A stretch of 64,000 nucleotides of DNA from Oculatellaceae cyanobacterium bins.114 (GCA_033764315.1 JANRJA010000075.1:32001-96000); one strand, 5' to 3'. Shown: positions 10,585 to 20,790, counted from the first letter of the stretch. Made by a program: numbers and translations. Notes: generated by a model from the letters alone, not told the origin.

Positions 10585-11205
10585 ATGCAAGGTTCAACTA
10601 TTGATCCCACGAAGACGGAACTGAACTATCACCACGCAGCTGCATCTGAGCATCATGAGGCCCATCCCGATCACCGTTTGTTTGGGGTTATCGTCTTCCT
10701 GATCGCTGAAACCATGATTTTTGCAGGGTTGTTTTTGGCGTATTTCACCTTTCGTTTGGTCGCGCCGACTTGGCCCCCTGAAGGGACTCCAGAGTTAGAG
10801 TTGCTGTTACCTGGAATCAACACTGTGATTCTGCTGTCCAGTAGCTTTGTGATTCACCAGGCCGATGTCGCTGTTAAAAAGAATAATGTTTCTGGGCTGC
10901 GGTTCTGGTTTGCAGCTACTGCTATTATGGGCGCAATTTTCTTGGCCGGACAGGTCTATGAATATAGCCACCTAGAGTTTGGGCTAAAAACCAATTTATT
11001 CGCCAGCACGTTTTATGTGTTGACTGGGTTTCACGGTTTACACGTCCTCTGTGGCATTGGGTTGATTACGGCTGTGTTAGTGCGATCGTTCAAAAAAGAC
11101 CACTATTCTAGCGATCAACATTTTGGCGTTGAAGCGGCTGAGCTCTATTGGCACTTTGTCGATGTGGTGTGGGTCGTTCTTTTCTTGATCCTCTATCTGC
11201 TCTAG
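10585..11205 (+). CDS. ctaE: Cytochrome c oxidase subunit III
   Basis: FY.LTGFHGLHV, YWHFVDVVW; ATG at 10585 follows a GAGG RBS. Confidence 0.95.
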   Translation: MQGSTIDPTKTELNYHHAAASEHHEAHPDHRLFGVIVFLIAETMIFAGLFLAYFTFRLVAPTWPPEGTPELELLLPGINTVILLSSSFVIHQADVAVKKNNVSGLRFWFAATAIMGAIFLAGQVYEYSHLEFGLKTNLFASTFYVLTGFHGLHVLCGIGLITAVLVRSFKKDHYSSDQHFGVEAAELYWHFVDVVWVVLFLILYLL

Positions 11206-11228
11206 CGATCGCCCAATTTTTTCTCACT

Positions 11229-11265
11229 AAAAATACCCTTACCATCCTGGGTAGGGGTATTTTTT
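11229..11265 (+). terminator. Rho-independent terminator of the cox operon
   Basis: AAAAATACCCTTACC-loop-GGTAGGGGTATTTTTT. Confidence 0.8.
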
Positions 11266-11338
11266 ATGGGAGAGTGCTACGCTCCGCAAAGAGTGATGAG
11301 TGCTGACACTTTTCATCCTTCATTTTTTTCTTTCCCTT

Positions 11339-12514
11339 ATGCTGTTGCATCGACTGATTCAACCTCTACTTAAACGGCTGATGTTGGGGTTGCTCCTGGT
11401 TTGTCTGACGGGTTGTACATTGCCGCGTGTAAACGCTGAGGACAGGCTATTTCTGGATCTGTCCCTTGATTTCTTGGGTGCTTATGAACTCCCGATTGAA
11501 ACCTTTGAAGACACCCCCGTCGGAGGTCTATCCGGGATCACGTATGATCGTCAGCGCGATCGCCTTTATGCCGTTTCTGACGATCGCAGCAGCAACGCTC
11601 CGGCTCGCTTCTACACATTAAAGTTGGATATTGTGGCAGATGAGAATCAACCCCGGTTAAAAGATGTGGTGATCGAAGACGTTACAGTGCTCAAGAACGA
11701 GGCTGGAGACCCTTTCCCTCCTGATAGTCTTGACCCTGAAGGCATCGCCCTCTCGCCTCGGCAGTCAGTGTTTATTGCCAGTGAAGGGGTAGCCAGGTTG
11801 GGGATCAGTCCCTTTATTCAAGAGTTTGATTTAACAACTGGGCAAGCCAAAGGGCAATTGCGGCTTCCAGAACGATATATCCCTAAAACAGTGGATGGGC
11901 AACCGCAAGGCATTCAAGACAATCTGGGGTTTGAGGGATTGACCCTCAATCCGGGTGGCTTTAGCAACGCCTGGTTGGAGCCATTTCGCCTGTTTGCGGC
12001 TAACGAGGCGGCCTTGTTACAAGACATTCCAGAGGCAACAGACTCCACTGAACCGCAACCAAGTCGTTCTCGCTTTCTGCACTATCTGATTGGAGACGAA
12101 CTGCCCACCCTCATCTCGGAGCATTTATATTTGGTTGATCCCCCAACGGGTACGGCGATCGCCAACGGATTGACCGAAATCCTCACGCTCGATCAGGCGG
12201 GACACTTCCTTAGCATTGAACGCTCCTATGGCCCAGATGGGTTGAGTGCCAAGATCTTTCAAATCGCAACCGGAGGAGCAACTGATATTTCCGGTATTTC
12301 AACCTTGAAGGGAGATATCGAAGGCATCCAACCCATCCGCAAAGACCTGTTGCTCGATCTAAACACTCTAGGGATCACCCTTGACAACCTGGAAGGCTTG
12401 ACCCTCGGCCCTCAGCTTTTTGATGGCACCCCTAGCCTGTTGCTTGTGAGTGACGATAACTTCAGTGACAACCAGACCACTCAATTTCTCTTGTTTCGGC
12501 TGAGCGGGATATAG
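11339..12514 (+). CDS. Esterase-like activity of phytase family protein, probable lipoprotein
   Basis: GGLSGITYD, AVSDD, D.EGIA, N.GFEGLT, DNLEGL, VSDDNF motifs; LTGC lipobox; start uncertain (11300-11381). Confidence 0.85.
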   Translation: MLLHRLIQPLLKRLMLGLLLVCLTGCTLPRVNAEDRLFLDLSLDFLGAYELPIETFEDTPVGGLSGITYDRQRDRLYAVSDDRSSNAPARFYTLKLDIVADENQPRLKDVVIEDVTVLKNEAGDPFPPDSLDPEGIALSPRQSVFIASEGVARLGISPFIQEFDLTTGQAKGQLRLPERYIPKTVDGQPQGIQDNLGFEGLTLNPGGFSNAWLEPFRLFAANEAALLQDIPEATDSTEPQPSRSRFLHYLIGDELPTLISEHLYLVDPPTGTAIANGLTEILTLDQAGHFLSIERSYGPDGLSAKIFQIATGGATDISGISTLKGDIEGIQPIRKDLLLDLNTLGITLDNLEGLTLGPQLFDGTPSLLLVSDDNFSDNQTTQFLLFRLSGI

Positions 12515-12675
12515 AAAAGCTCAAGGGGAATGGGGAGTCGGCAATCGAGAGTTAGAAAAGTCAAGGGGTAAGATGCTCATTGCCCCTGCTGCCGTGATTT
12601 TTTTTCTTTTTTTTCTCCTCTTTTTTCCGCCTTCCCTCATGTCATAATGATGCGACTGTTTTTCTGAATGCTGGA

Positions 12676-13728
12676 ATGGTTGCAACTCAATTTACCCGCG
12701 ATATTACCCCTGCTGGCATTGAGCCAGAATTAGAGCTGCAATTTCAACTGCCTGACCCGGATGATGAGGCCATCTCAGAGCACGAATTTCAGAAGCAAAT
12801 CGATACGGCCTGGTTGGTGTGCGATCGCTTTGACTTGCAGACCGACATCTGGCGCGGGCGGATTTTAAAGACAGTGCGCGATCGCGAAAAGCGCAGTAGC
12901 GACGGTCGGGGCACAGGATTTATCAACTGGCTCAAGGATCGGGAAATTAGTAAAAGTCAAGCGTATGCGCTGATCGAGTTAGCCAACAGCGCCGATACCC
13001 TGGTCGAGGGGGGCATGTTAGAACCAGAAGACGTTAATCAGTTCAGCAAGCGGGCGTTTGTAGAAACGGCAAAATCAGCCCCGGAAGTGCAACAGATGGT
13101 CAGTGATGCAGCACACCGGGGCGATCGCATTACTCGGCGTGAGGTGCGACAACTGTCAGATGAGTGGGTTGCTATGTCTTCTGATTTATTGCCCGATGAA
13201 CTCAAAGAAAAAGCCGCTAACAACACTATTCCCACGCGATATATGGCTCCCTTTGTGCGCGAGCTAGAGAAATTACCTGCTGCTCATCAGACTTTCTTGC
13301 AAGACGAAATTGCTGAGAATCCTGATGTAGACACCCTCAAGCAAGTCACCGCAGAAGCCCGCTATCTAGCTAAATACCTCAGTTCGGCAGCTCAGGTGCA
13401 GACCTTTGACCAAAATGCCCTCGATCTGGAATCTGCCCTGGAAGAAGCCCTGCGAGTCGGTTGTCTCAACTCCACCGCTGATTTGGTGAACAATGCCGCT
13501 CAGTTAGAGCAGTTGATTGCCAAGCTCTACACCACCTGGAAACGGCTTAATAGTCTGGCAGAGCGGGTTTATCTCGACAGTGGAGCCAGTACCCCTCACC
13601 TGCGATCGCTCCTCAGTAGTCTTAATGCTCTATCGGGGAATATTCTAGAACTGCAACTGGGCGATCCCGAAGGTCAAAGTTTCTCCCGCATCATTCGGCT
13701 GCAAATCTTGCCTGAGTTAGAGGGGTAG
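12676..13728 (+). CDS. Hypothetical protein, cyanobacterial type
   Basis: 350-aa ORF with host-like composition and several HIP1 sites; no function recognised. Confidence 0.8.
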   Translation: MVATQFTRDITPAGIEPELELQFQLPDPDDEAISEHEFQKQIDTAWLVCDRFDLQTDIWRGRILKTVRDREKRSSDGRGTGFINWLKDREISKSQAYALIELANSADTLVEGGMLEPEDVNQFSKRAFVETAKSAPEVQQMVSDAAHRGDRITRREVRQLSDEWVAMSSDLLPDELKEKAANNTIPTRYMAPFVRELEKLPAAHQTFLQDEIAENPDVDTLKQVTAEARYLAKYLSSAAQVQTFDQNALDLESALEEALRVGCLNSTADLVNNAAQLEQLIAKLYTTWKRLNSLAERVYLDSGASTPHLRSLLSSLNALSGNILELQLGDPEGQSFSRIIRLQILPELEG

Positions 13729-13733
13729 GAGGT

Positions 13734-14600
13734 CTAATTTTTGATTCCCGTGGCAGCAATGCCTTGAATAAATTGCCGCTGCCCCACTAAAAACAGCGCC
13801 ACAACCGGAAGAGTGGCAATCGCCACCGCTGCCATCATCAGTGACCAGTTGTTGGTAAATTGCTCCTGAAACTCAGCCAGAGCCAGTTGCACGGTACGTA
13901 ACTCCGGACGAGTAGTGAAGACAAGTGGCTTAAACAGATCATTCCACTCGGCGATGAAAGTGAATAAAAACAGGGTGACGAGAGCCGGACGTGCCAGTGG
14001 TAACATGACTCGCCAGAGAATTTGCAGTCGATTAGCCCCATCGATCGCCGCCGCTTCCTCCAATTCCACTGGAATGGTCTGAAAGTATTGACGCATCAGG
14101 AAGATGCCAAAGCCATTGGCGGCGGTGGGCAAAATTAAGGCGGCATAGGTATTGATCAAATGCCCCCACTTCAACACCAAAAAGACAGGGATCACCAGTA
14201 ATTGAAAGGGAATGACTAGAGTTGCCAGGACAATCAGCAAAATGGTTTGCTGTCCCCAAAACTTGAACCGAGCCAGGGCATATCCCGCCAAAGCTGAGGT
14301 CACAATTTGCAGACCTGTGACCGCCAGTGCCACAAACGTCGAGTTGGCAAAGGCTAGCAAAAAATTGCCTCGCTCCCAGGCTTCTCGATAGTTTGCCCAA
14401 GTCCATCCGGTGGTTGAGCCTACGCTGAGATTAGACACCATGCCAGAAGGGGTCAGTGAAGTCAGGAATACGATGAATAGGGGGAGCAAGACGATGCCTG
14501 CTCCAAGCCATAACAACCCTGCATTCAGCCAATTGAACCAGGGGATTGTAGAGTTAGCTCCGGCACGAAGGTCTGGGGGAGTGTTAGCATTAACATTCAT
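13734..14600 (-). CDS. Carbohydrate ABC transporter permease
   Basis: EAA motif ELEEAAAIDGA; AGYALAR; W.D...PL. Confidence 0.92.
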   Translation of the reverse strand: MNVNANTPPDLRAGANSTIPWFNWLNAGLLWLGAGIVLLPLFIVFLTSLTPSGMVSNLSVGSTTGWTWANYREAWERGNFLLAFANSTFVALAVTGLQIVTSALAGYALARFKFWGQQTILLIVLATLVIPFQLLVIPVFLVLKWGHLINTYAALILPTAANGFGIFLMRQYFQTIPVELEEAAAIDGANRLQILWRVMLPLARPALVTLFLFTFIAEWNDLFKPLVFTTRPELRTVQLALAEFQEQFTNNWSLMMAAVAIATLPVVALFLVGQRQFIQGIAATGIKN

Positions 14601-14784
14601 AGGAAATGGGTGCTGCGATCGCTGTATTGAGATGGAGGATAGTGATCATTCGGTTTTCTATATTCAAAACCGCTTGTAAATTTCTGGTGTAACCCAGTAG
14701 GGTATAGATTAGAAATACAAAAATTATCTAGCCATTTTTATGTGGTCGTGATCGGCACATTTTTAGCCAGGAGACGATGGAGTT

Positions 14785-15480
14785 ATGCCGCAGCTTGAGG
14801 TTATCTCAGAGATTGATTTCCGTAGTGAAACCTACAAAGACGCATATAGCCGAATTAATGCGATTGTAATTGAAGGTGAGCAAGAGGCTTTTGAAAATTA
14901 TCAACGCCTCGCTGAACTCCTCCCAGATGAGAAGGATCAACTGATCAACCTGTCTAAGATGGAAAACCGCCACAAAAAAGGGTTTCAAGCCTGTGGTCGG
15001 AACTTAGACGTTGATCCTGATATGGAGTTTGCTCGTGAGTTTTTTGCCGATTTGCATCGCAACTTCCAAGAAGCGGCGGCTACTGGCAAAATTGTGACTT
15101 GTTTGCTTATTCAGTCACTCGTCATCGAATGTTTTGCAATCTCGGCTTATAACATCTACATCCCTGTGGCTGACGATTTTGCCCGCAAAATTACCGAGGG
15201 TGTAGTCAAAGACGAATATCTTCATCTCAATTTTGGTGAAGAGTGGTTAAAGGCAAATTTTGAAGCCTCAAAAGCAGAGCTTGAAGAAGCCAATCGTCAA
15301 AATCTACCTTTGGTTTGGCGCATGCTAAATCAGGTTGAGCGCGACGCTCACGAACTGGGCATGGAAAAAGAAGCCCTGGTTGAAGATTTCATGATCAGCT
15401 ATGGTGAAGCTCTCAGCAATATTGGGTTCACTACCCGTGACATCATGCGGATGTCGGCTTATGGATTGGCTGCTGCCTAA
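14785..15480 (+). CDS. ado: Aldehyde-deformylating oxygenase (alkane synthesis)
   Basis: [41 protein letters not shown] di-iron motifs; 231 aa. Confidence 0.97.
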   Translation: MPQLEVISEIDFRSETYKDAYSRINAIVIEGEQEAFENYQRLAELLPDEKDQLINLSKMENRHKKGFQACGRNLDVDPDMEFAREFFADLHRNFQEAAATGKIVTCLLIQSLVIECFAISAYNIYIPVADDFARKITEGVVKDEYLHLNFGEEWLKANFEASKAELEEANRQNLPLVWRMLNQVERDAHELGMEKEALVEDFMISYGEALSNIGFTTRDIMRMSAYGLAAA

Positions 15481-15510
15481 TCTTTTGAGACAGGTTGACT
15501 GATGTAATGG

Positions 15511-15595
15511 TATAGCCGCTGTCCAGACAGTTTTTTCCGCTATAGCTCTAACCCACAGGATTGTTTTTGCAGTGCAACCTGTGGGTTTTGCTATA
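15511..15595. repeat. Two abutting TATAGC...GCTATA-bounded hairpin elements; possible bidirectional terminator
   Basis: 15511-15544 and 15541-15595 share TATA; the second contains AACCCACAGG...CCTGTGGGTT; lies between convergent ado and Mn exporter. Confidence 0.55.
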
Positions 15596-15603
15596 GGTTG
15601 CCA

Positions 15604-16230
15604 CTATACCCACTGCAACTCGACCCAGGCGATCGCCGCAAACAGTAAAAACAAAGCACCTCCCAGGGCAGTAATGGTGCGCTCAGAGATGCGTCCTGCA
15701 ATCAAGCATCCCCCTAACACCGCGATCGCCGCACAGATGGAATGCCCCAAGATGGCCCCCAACGTTACCCCAACTGGATTTTGATCGGCAGCAATGGCGA
15801 TCGTGGCAAATTGAGTGCGATCGCCCCACTCTGCTAAAAACGTCAACGTAAAGGCTTCTGCTAACACTCCCAGTCCCTGCCTTTGGCGTTTTTTAGATTT
15901 CTCAGCTTTGTCTACCAGTTCTACTGCTTCTTGGCACTCATCTACCCCTGCTGCTTTTGCGGGCATACGATTGGCATCGTACAGCAGCTTACAGCCAAAC
16001 CCAATAAACAAAACAATGGTGGCAATACTAACCCAGATTTGAGGTAAGAATGCGATCGCCTGTCCCATGACAACCGAGATAATTGTCATCGCTGCCAGGG
16101 CGGCTGCGACTCCAGCAAACACGAGCCCACGCGAGTGACGCATCGACAACACAACGGCAATAAAAAACGTTTTATCACCCAATTCTGAGATAGTAATCAG
16201 CAAAAGACCGGCAGTAAAAGCGTTCAGCAT
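15604..16230 (-). CDS. TMEM165/GDT1 (UPF0016) Mn2+/Ca2+ transporter, Mnx-like
   Basis: Two family motifs, SELGDKTF and AEWGDRTQ. Confidence 0.93.
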   Translation of the reverse strand: MLNAFTAGLLLITISELGDKTFFIAVVLSMRHSRGLVFAGVAAALAAMTIISVVMGQAIAFLPQIWVSIATIVLFIGFGCKLLYDANRMPAKAAGVDECQEAVELVDKAEKSKKRQRQGLGVLAEAFTLTFLAEWGDRTQFATIAIAADQNPVGVTLGAILGHSICAAIAVLGGCLIAGRISERTITALGGALFLLFAAIAWVELQWV

Positions 16231-16328
16231 TTCCTCAAAGCTCTCCCCAAAAGTGACGTGGCGGATTTGGGTGAACTTGATGAGGCTGCTAGCGATCGCT
16301 TCACCAAGCCCACCCCATGTGGACTCAG

Positions 16329-16465
16329 TGAAAGTCTCGCTTGCAAAGATTAGCTTGTGTGAGTCGCGGCGACTCTACATCGGCTCAAACTTCGTCATCT
16401 GAACCAGGGTCATCCCCAGTATGTTGATTCAGATGGGCTGGCGTACCAGCAGCTACTCCCTTTCA
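16329..16465 (-). ncRNA. yybP-ykoY manganese riboswitch
   Basis: Minus strand reads UGAAAGGGAGUAGC...AUCAACAUAC...GCAAGCGAGACUUUCA, the conserved yybP-ykoY elements, about 100 nt upstream of a UPF0016 gene. Confidence 0.85.
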
Positions 16466-16661
16466 TTTCTTAGGCAATTATACACAAAATTCCAACCACA
16501 AGTCAGTGACTAGGTAGAGACGTAATGATGGGTAAGACGCATTTTGACTCCCATTCGACTTGTTCAGGACAAGCCGCTCAATGCTTAGAATCTTTTCTCT
16601 AAGAGGGTTGGGCGTTATTCATTAATTTTTCACGCTGCCCCTTTTTGTCTTGGGCTTCCTA

Positions 16662-17174
16662 CTAATATATCCAGGGAATCAGCTTCTTAACCCGCTGTTG
16701 ATAAACCGAATAGTCTGGGTATTTCTCCATCAGCCACTGTTCTTCTTGGTTCGCTTTGGCGTTGAAAAAGAGAAAAAACACAAGGGTGGCGATCGCATGA
16801 GACAGACTGAGATTAAAAATGGCCCAACTGAGGACGCCTAAAATCAATCCGCTATAGAGAGGATGGCGCACGATGGCATATACCCCCGTTTGCACCAGTT
16901 GCCCATCTTCACGAGGATAGGGAAGTGGAGTTAGATTTTTGCCCAGGTCGAGTAGACCTTTGAACAGGAGGATGAGGGCAAATAATCCTATGGCAAGGGC
17001 GATCGCCCACACCCCATACCAAGCAATAGACGCAAGTTGAATCACTACAGGTCGATAAATCGGCACAAAAAACAGAGCAATCAACAGCACAGCCTGAGCT
17101 ACAACCCAATATTCACCGCGCTGTCCCTGTTGCCATCCTGCTTTAGTGAATCCCCAATCAGTGAGTAGTTTCAT
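16662..17174 (-). CDS. Isoprenylcysteine carboxylmethyltransferase (ICMT/PEMT) family protein
   Basis: LV.TG.Y..VRHPLY.G, EE.WL...YPDY..Y...V...IP. Confidence 0.88.
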   Translation of the reverse strand: MKLLTDWGFTKAGWQQGQRGEYWVVAQAVLLIALFFVPIYRPVVIQLASIAWYGVWAIALAIGLFALILLFKGLLDLGKNLTPLPYPREDGQLVQTGVYAIVRHPLYSGLILGVLSWAIFNLSLSHAIATLVFFLFFNAKANQEEQWLMEKYPDYSVYQQRVKKLIPWIY

Positions 17175-17278
17175 GGTTCACGTCCTGTAGTGCTTCCCTT
17201 AGTTCAGCCTTTTTCAGCTATATCATGGGTTTATCTAAAATAGAGCGATATGCACTCAGTTTGTCGAGGGAAAACGCG

Positions 17279-17851
17279 ATGTCTGTTGCTGTAAAACCGA
17301 TGACCCTTGAAGAGTATCTCAACTATGACGACGGCACTGACACCCGCTATGAACTGGTGAATGGGGAACTGATTGCCATGCCACCTGAAAGTGACTTGAA
17401 TACTCAAATTGCTTCGTTTCTGTTCGCAACTTTTTTGAAAGTTGGCATTCCTTATTATTGCTTGAGAATCGGGGCACAAATTGCTGTTAGTGGAGCACGG
17501 GCAACGGCGAGAGAACCCGATCTGATGGTTTTATCAGAAGAGGCTTTTGCAGCATTAGAGGGTGCAAGCAAGTGTGTCATCACTCACGATATGCCACCAC
17601 CGTTGTTAGTAGTTGAAGTGGTCAGTCCCCAACAAGAAAGCCGCGATTATCGCCACAAACGTACTGAATACGCGGGACGACGCATTCCTGAGTATTGGAT
17701 CGTAGACGCGATCGCTCAAAAAGTAACGGTGTTGGAATGGGTGGATGGCTTGTATGAGGAACAGGTCTACCAGGGTGAACAACCTATTGTTTCGTCGCAG
17801 CTTACTGGGTTAAACCTGACAGCAGCAACCGTCTTATCAGCAGGACGATAA
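17279..17851 (+). CDS. Uma2 family endonuclease
   Basis: YELVNGEL..MPP, R.PDL, P.LVVEVVSP, K..EY....IPEYWIVD; ATG at 17279 after a GAGGG RBS. Confidence 0.9.
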   Translation: MSVAVKPMTLEEYLNYDDGTDTRYELVNGELIAMPPESDLNTQIASFLFATFLKVGIPYYCLRIGAQIAVSGARATAREPDLMVLSEEAFAALEGASKCVITHDMPPPLLVVEVVSPQQESRDYRHKRTEYAGRRIPEYWIVDAIAQKVTVLEWVDGLYEEQVYQGEQPIVSSQLTGLNLTAATVLSAGR

Positions 17852-17974
17852 ATTGAGGGGAGTGGGTCTTGTTCATCGAAGGGTTAATTTAATTATCTAC
17901 CAAAGATAATTTGCTTAAAATCAGGAGAAGTGGCTCAAGTTCCTGAACTGTGGTGAACTATCCCAGCGAATTCC

Positions 17975-20467
17975 ATGAGTAACCAGCGCGATCGCGGTCG
18001 TATTCTCACTCCTGAAGGGCTGCAAAAACTCCAGCAGGCAATTCGCGACTGGGAAATTCGGCATGAGAAGCGGTGTACGCAGGAGCGGATTAAGGAACTG
18101 ACGAGCGCATTTAAAGAAGGGGGACTCGATCCAGCTACCATCAGCAGAATTCTGAAAGCGAGAGGTGTTGATCTCGACTCCATTCGCTGTCTATTTAAAA
18201 CATTTGGATTGCAACTGGATGAAGCCGATTGGGTATCTGCTACTCCATTCAATGTTCAGGTTGATCCTAACTTTGTGGGAAGGGAAGAGGCGATCGCTGC
18301 CCTCAACGCTCTGGTCAGTCGGGGTGCAAAGGTGATCGTGATTCAGGCACGGGGCGGAGTTGGCAAAACTACCCTGGCACGAAAGTATCTGCAACAAAAA
18401 TTTGGCTCTTTTTTAGAGATTGCGATCGCTAAGGAAACAAAAGATATTGCCTCGATCGAAAGCTTGATTGAAGAGAAGCTGCGTCAGTTGGGAGAAGAAC
18501 CCGGACGAGAGTTTATTGTGTCGTGCGATCGCCTCAAACGCAAACTGCAATCTGAACCGATTGGCATTTTGATAGACAACCTGGAACCTGCCCTGGATGC
18601 TGCGGGTAAGTTCATCGAACCGCATCGTCGTTACGTCGAATTGCTGCGGGTTTTAGCTGATCCAACGGTGCAATCTGTGACACTCATTACCACTCGTGAA
18701 CGCTTGCACGAAGCGAGTGTGACTGTGCAACGCTATCCCTTAAAAAGTTTAGATGTTGAGTCTTGGCAGCAGTTCTTTCAAAGCCGCAATATTCAACTTA
18801 CGCCCCCCTTATCGTTGCAGATCCCCCCTAACCCCCCTTGCGAAAAGGGGGGAACCAGATTGGAAGTCCCCCTTTTTAAGGGGGATTTAGGGGGATTGCA
18901 GGGGAGCGTGCAAACTGTTGACATCTCAAGCGAGGATCAATCTGCCCTAGCTGCTTTGCATCATGCTCATGGCGGCAACGCAAAAGCGATGGAGATCATT
19001 AGTGGTGCAATTCAGCAAGATTACTCCGGCAATGTGGAAGCCTATTGGCAAGCCAATCAAAATGACCTGTTAAGTGAACGTTCTCTGGAAGATTTAGTCA
19101 TTCAACAATTTGAACGGTTACAGCAACATAATCTTGATGCTTATAACCTGCTTTGTCGTATGGGTTGTTACCGCTATCAAGACGTGCCAAAAGTGACCAT
19201 TGAAGGGTTGTTTTGTTTGCTATGGGATGTGGCGGAGAATCGACAGCAACGAGTCATTCAATCTTTGCAAGATCGATCGTTGATTGAAGTTGAAGATAGA
19301 GAATACTGGTTACATCCAGTAATAAGAGCAGAATCGATCACTCGCTTGAGAAAAATTGAGGATTGGAAAATTGCCAACTATAAAGCAGCACAAGAATGGA
19401 AGGTGAGCGTTAAGACTATTGAAACATTGTTAGACGCTCAGAAGCCTTTCGAGGCTTGTTATCACTGTTTAGCAATCAACAATTTTGAACTTGCCGGAAG
19501 GATGATAATAGAAGAAAAGAAAGCTAAGTATTCTAGATTTGGGGATACTGAACCTCTTGGTCGATTATTTCATAAATTCGGAGTAGTTGAACAGTTAATT
19601 ATTGTTATTGACTTAATTCTGAAAAATATCAAAGCTGGCTTTGTGCTCGTAAAACTGTGTTCTATACTAGGTGATCTCCACTCGTCATTAGGGAATATTC
19701 ATAAATCCATTGCCTGTTTTAGAGAGTCATTAAGGGTAGGAAAAGAAATTTTGGATGAATCATTACTTAATATCAGTAAAGAAGATTTTCAGAAAATTAT
19801 ATCAGTTAAAATACATTCTTTTTTCAATGTTGGCATCTGCAAAATATTTCTCTGGGAATTAGATGAAGCGTTAGAAATATTTGAACAAGGAGAAGCCTTG
19901 TTCTTAAGTAAAAATTTGTCTTTGCTTGAAGTATTTGAATTGAATAAAATCCTCACATTTTATTTTCTATTTATAAAATCCTACTTACGTAATGAGACAG
20001 AAGTGTCTATTGCTGCTAACAAAATCTATAATGAAATTTTTGACGTGTCAGAATTACCTAAATGGTGTACAGAGTATAGATTGTTTTTTTTAGGAAAAGC
20101 ACTTACAAACGTAGGGGAATATGCAAAGGCTTACAAAGTTTATCAGAAGGCTGTTTGCATTGCTGAAGAAACTGGATTTAGACAGGTAAAAGGAAAAGCT
20201 TTGTATGGTTTAGCAGAGATTTATCGAGAACAACAAAATTTTGATATGGCATTTTTAAATCATTCCAATTCAGTTGAATTACTGAGAATAATAGGATCTA
20301 AGCACGATTATGCCGAGTCTCATTTTCAACTTGGGTTGACTTATCAAGTAGTGGGTGATTTTGAGAGAAGTAATATAAATTTTCAAGAGGCAATTCGGTT
20401 ATTCAATGAAATGGAAGCACCGAGGCAGGTGGAGAGAGTGAGGCAGTCAATGCAAAATGAAAAATGA
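17975..20467 (+). CDS. STAND-like (NB-ARC-type) P-loop NTPase with N-terminal HTH-like domain and C-terminal TPRs
   Basis: N-terminal RG.ILT.EG.QKLQ.A...LDP.TISRIL; FVGR; Walker A ARGGVGKTT; Walker B ILIDNLE; LITTRE; LHPVIR; TPR-like helices. Confidence 0.8.
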   Translation: MSNQRDRGRILTPEGLQKLQQAIRDWEIRHEKRCTQERIKELTSAFKEGGLDPATISRILKARGVDLDSIRCLFKTFGLQLDEADWVSATPFNVQVDPNFVGREEAIAALNALVSRGAKVIVIQARGGVGKTTLARKYLQQKFGSFLEIAIAKETKDIASIESLIEEKLRQLGEEPGREFIVSCDRLKRKLQSEPIGILIDNLEPALDAAGKFIEPHRRYVELLRVLADPTVQSVTLITTRERLHEASVTVQRYPLKSLDVESWQQFFQSRNIQLTPPLSLQIPPNPPCEKGGTRLEVPLFKGDLGGLQGSVQTVDISSEDQSALAALHHAHGGNAKAMEIISGAIQQDYSGNVEAYWQANQNDLLSERSLEDLVIQQFERLQQHNLDAYNLLCRMGCYRYQDVPKVTIEGLFCLLWDVAENRQQRVIQSLQDRSLIEVEDREYWLHPVIRAESITRLRKIEDWKIANYKAAQEWKVSVKTIETLLDAQKPFEACYHCLAINNFELAGRMIIEEKKAKYSRFGDTEPLGRLFHKFGVVEQLIIVIDLILKNIKAGFVLVKLCSILGDLHSSLGNIHKSIACFRESLRVGKEILDESLLNISKEDFQKIISVKIHSFFNVGICKIFLWELDEALEIFEQGEALFLSKNLSLLEVFELNKILTFYFLFIKSYLRNETEVSIAANKIYNEIFDVSELPKWCTEYRLFFLGKALTNVGEYAKAYKVYQKAVCIAEETGFRQVKGKALYGLAEIYREQQNFDMAFLNHSNSVELLRIIGSKHDYAESHFQLGLTYQVVGDFERSNINFQEAIRLFNEMEAPRQVERVRQSMQNEK
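18800..18909. repeat. Cyanobacterial small dispersed palindromic repeat inserted in frame in the NTPase gene
   Basis: Core 18821-18896: ATCCCCCCTAACCCCCCTTG...AAGGGGGGA...TCCCCCTTTTTAAGGGGGATTTAGGGGGAT; outer arms ACGCCCCC/GGGGAGCGT. Confidence 0.8.
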
Positions 20468-20481
20468 AAAATGGAGGATGA

Positions 20482-20790
20482 ATGCGTGTTATCAGTCGAA
20501 AAGCACTGAGAGAATTTTGGGAAATTCATGCTACTGCTCAAACTGGATTATTACTCTGGTATCAACGAATTACAGAGGGCGACTTTCAAACATTTAATGA
20601 TCTTCGACAAATATTTCCTTCGGCAGACTTGGTAGGTAATCTCACAGTTTTCAACATCAGTGGTAACAACTTTCGATTAATCGTATACATTGACTATCCC
20701 TATCAACTCATATTTATCCGCGCTGTCCTGACCCATGCAGAATACGACAAGGAGAATTGGAAAAATGACGATTGGTTTGAAAACTCCTAG
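20482..20790 (+). CDS. higB: HigB family toxin
   Basis: MRVISRK.LREFW..H...FPSAD.V...VFNI.GN..RLI..IDY......IR.VLTHAEYDK..WK. Confidence 0.92.
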   Translation: MRVISRKALREFWEIHATAQTGLLLWYQRITEGDFQTFNDLRQIFPSADLVGNLTVFNISGNNFRLIVYIDYPYQLIFIRAVLTHAEYDKENWKNDDWFENS

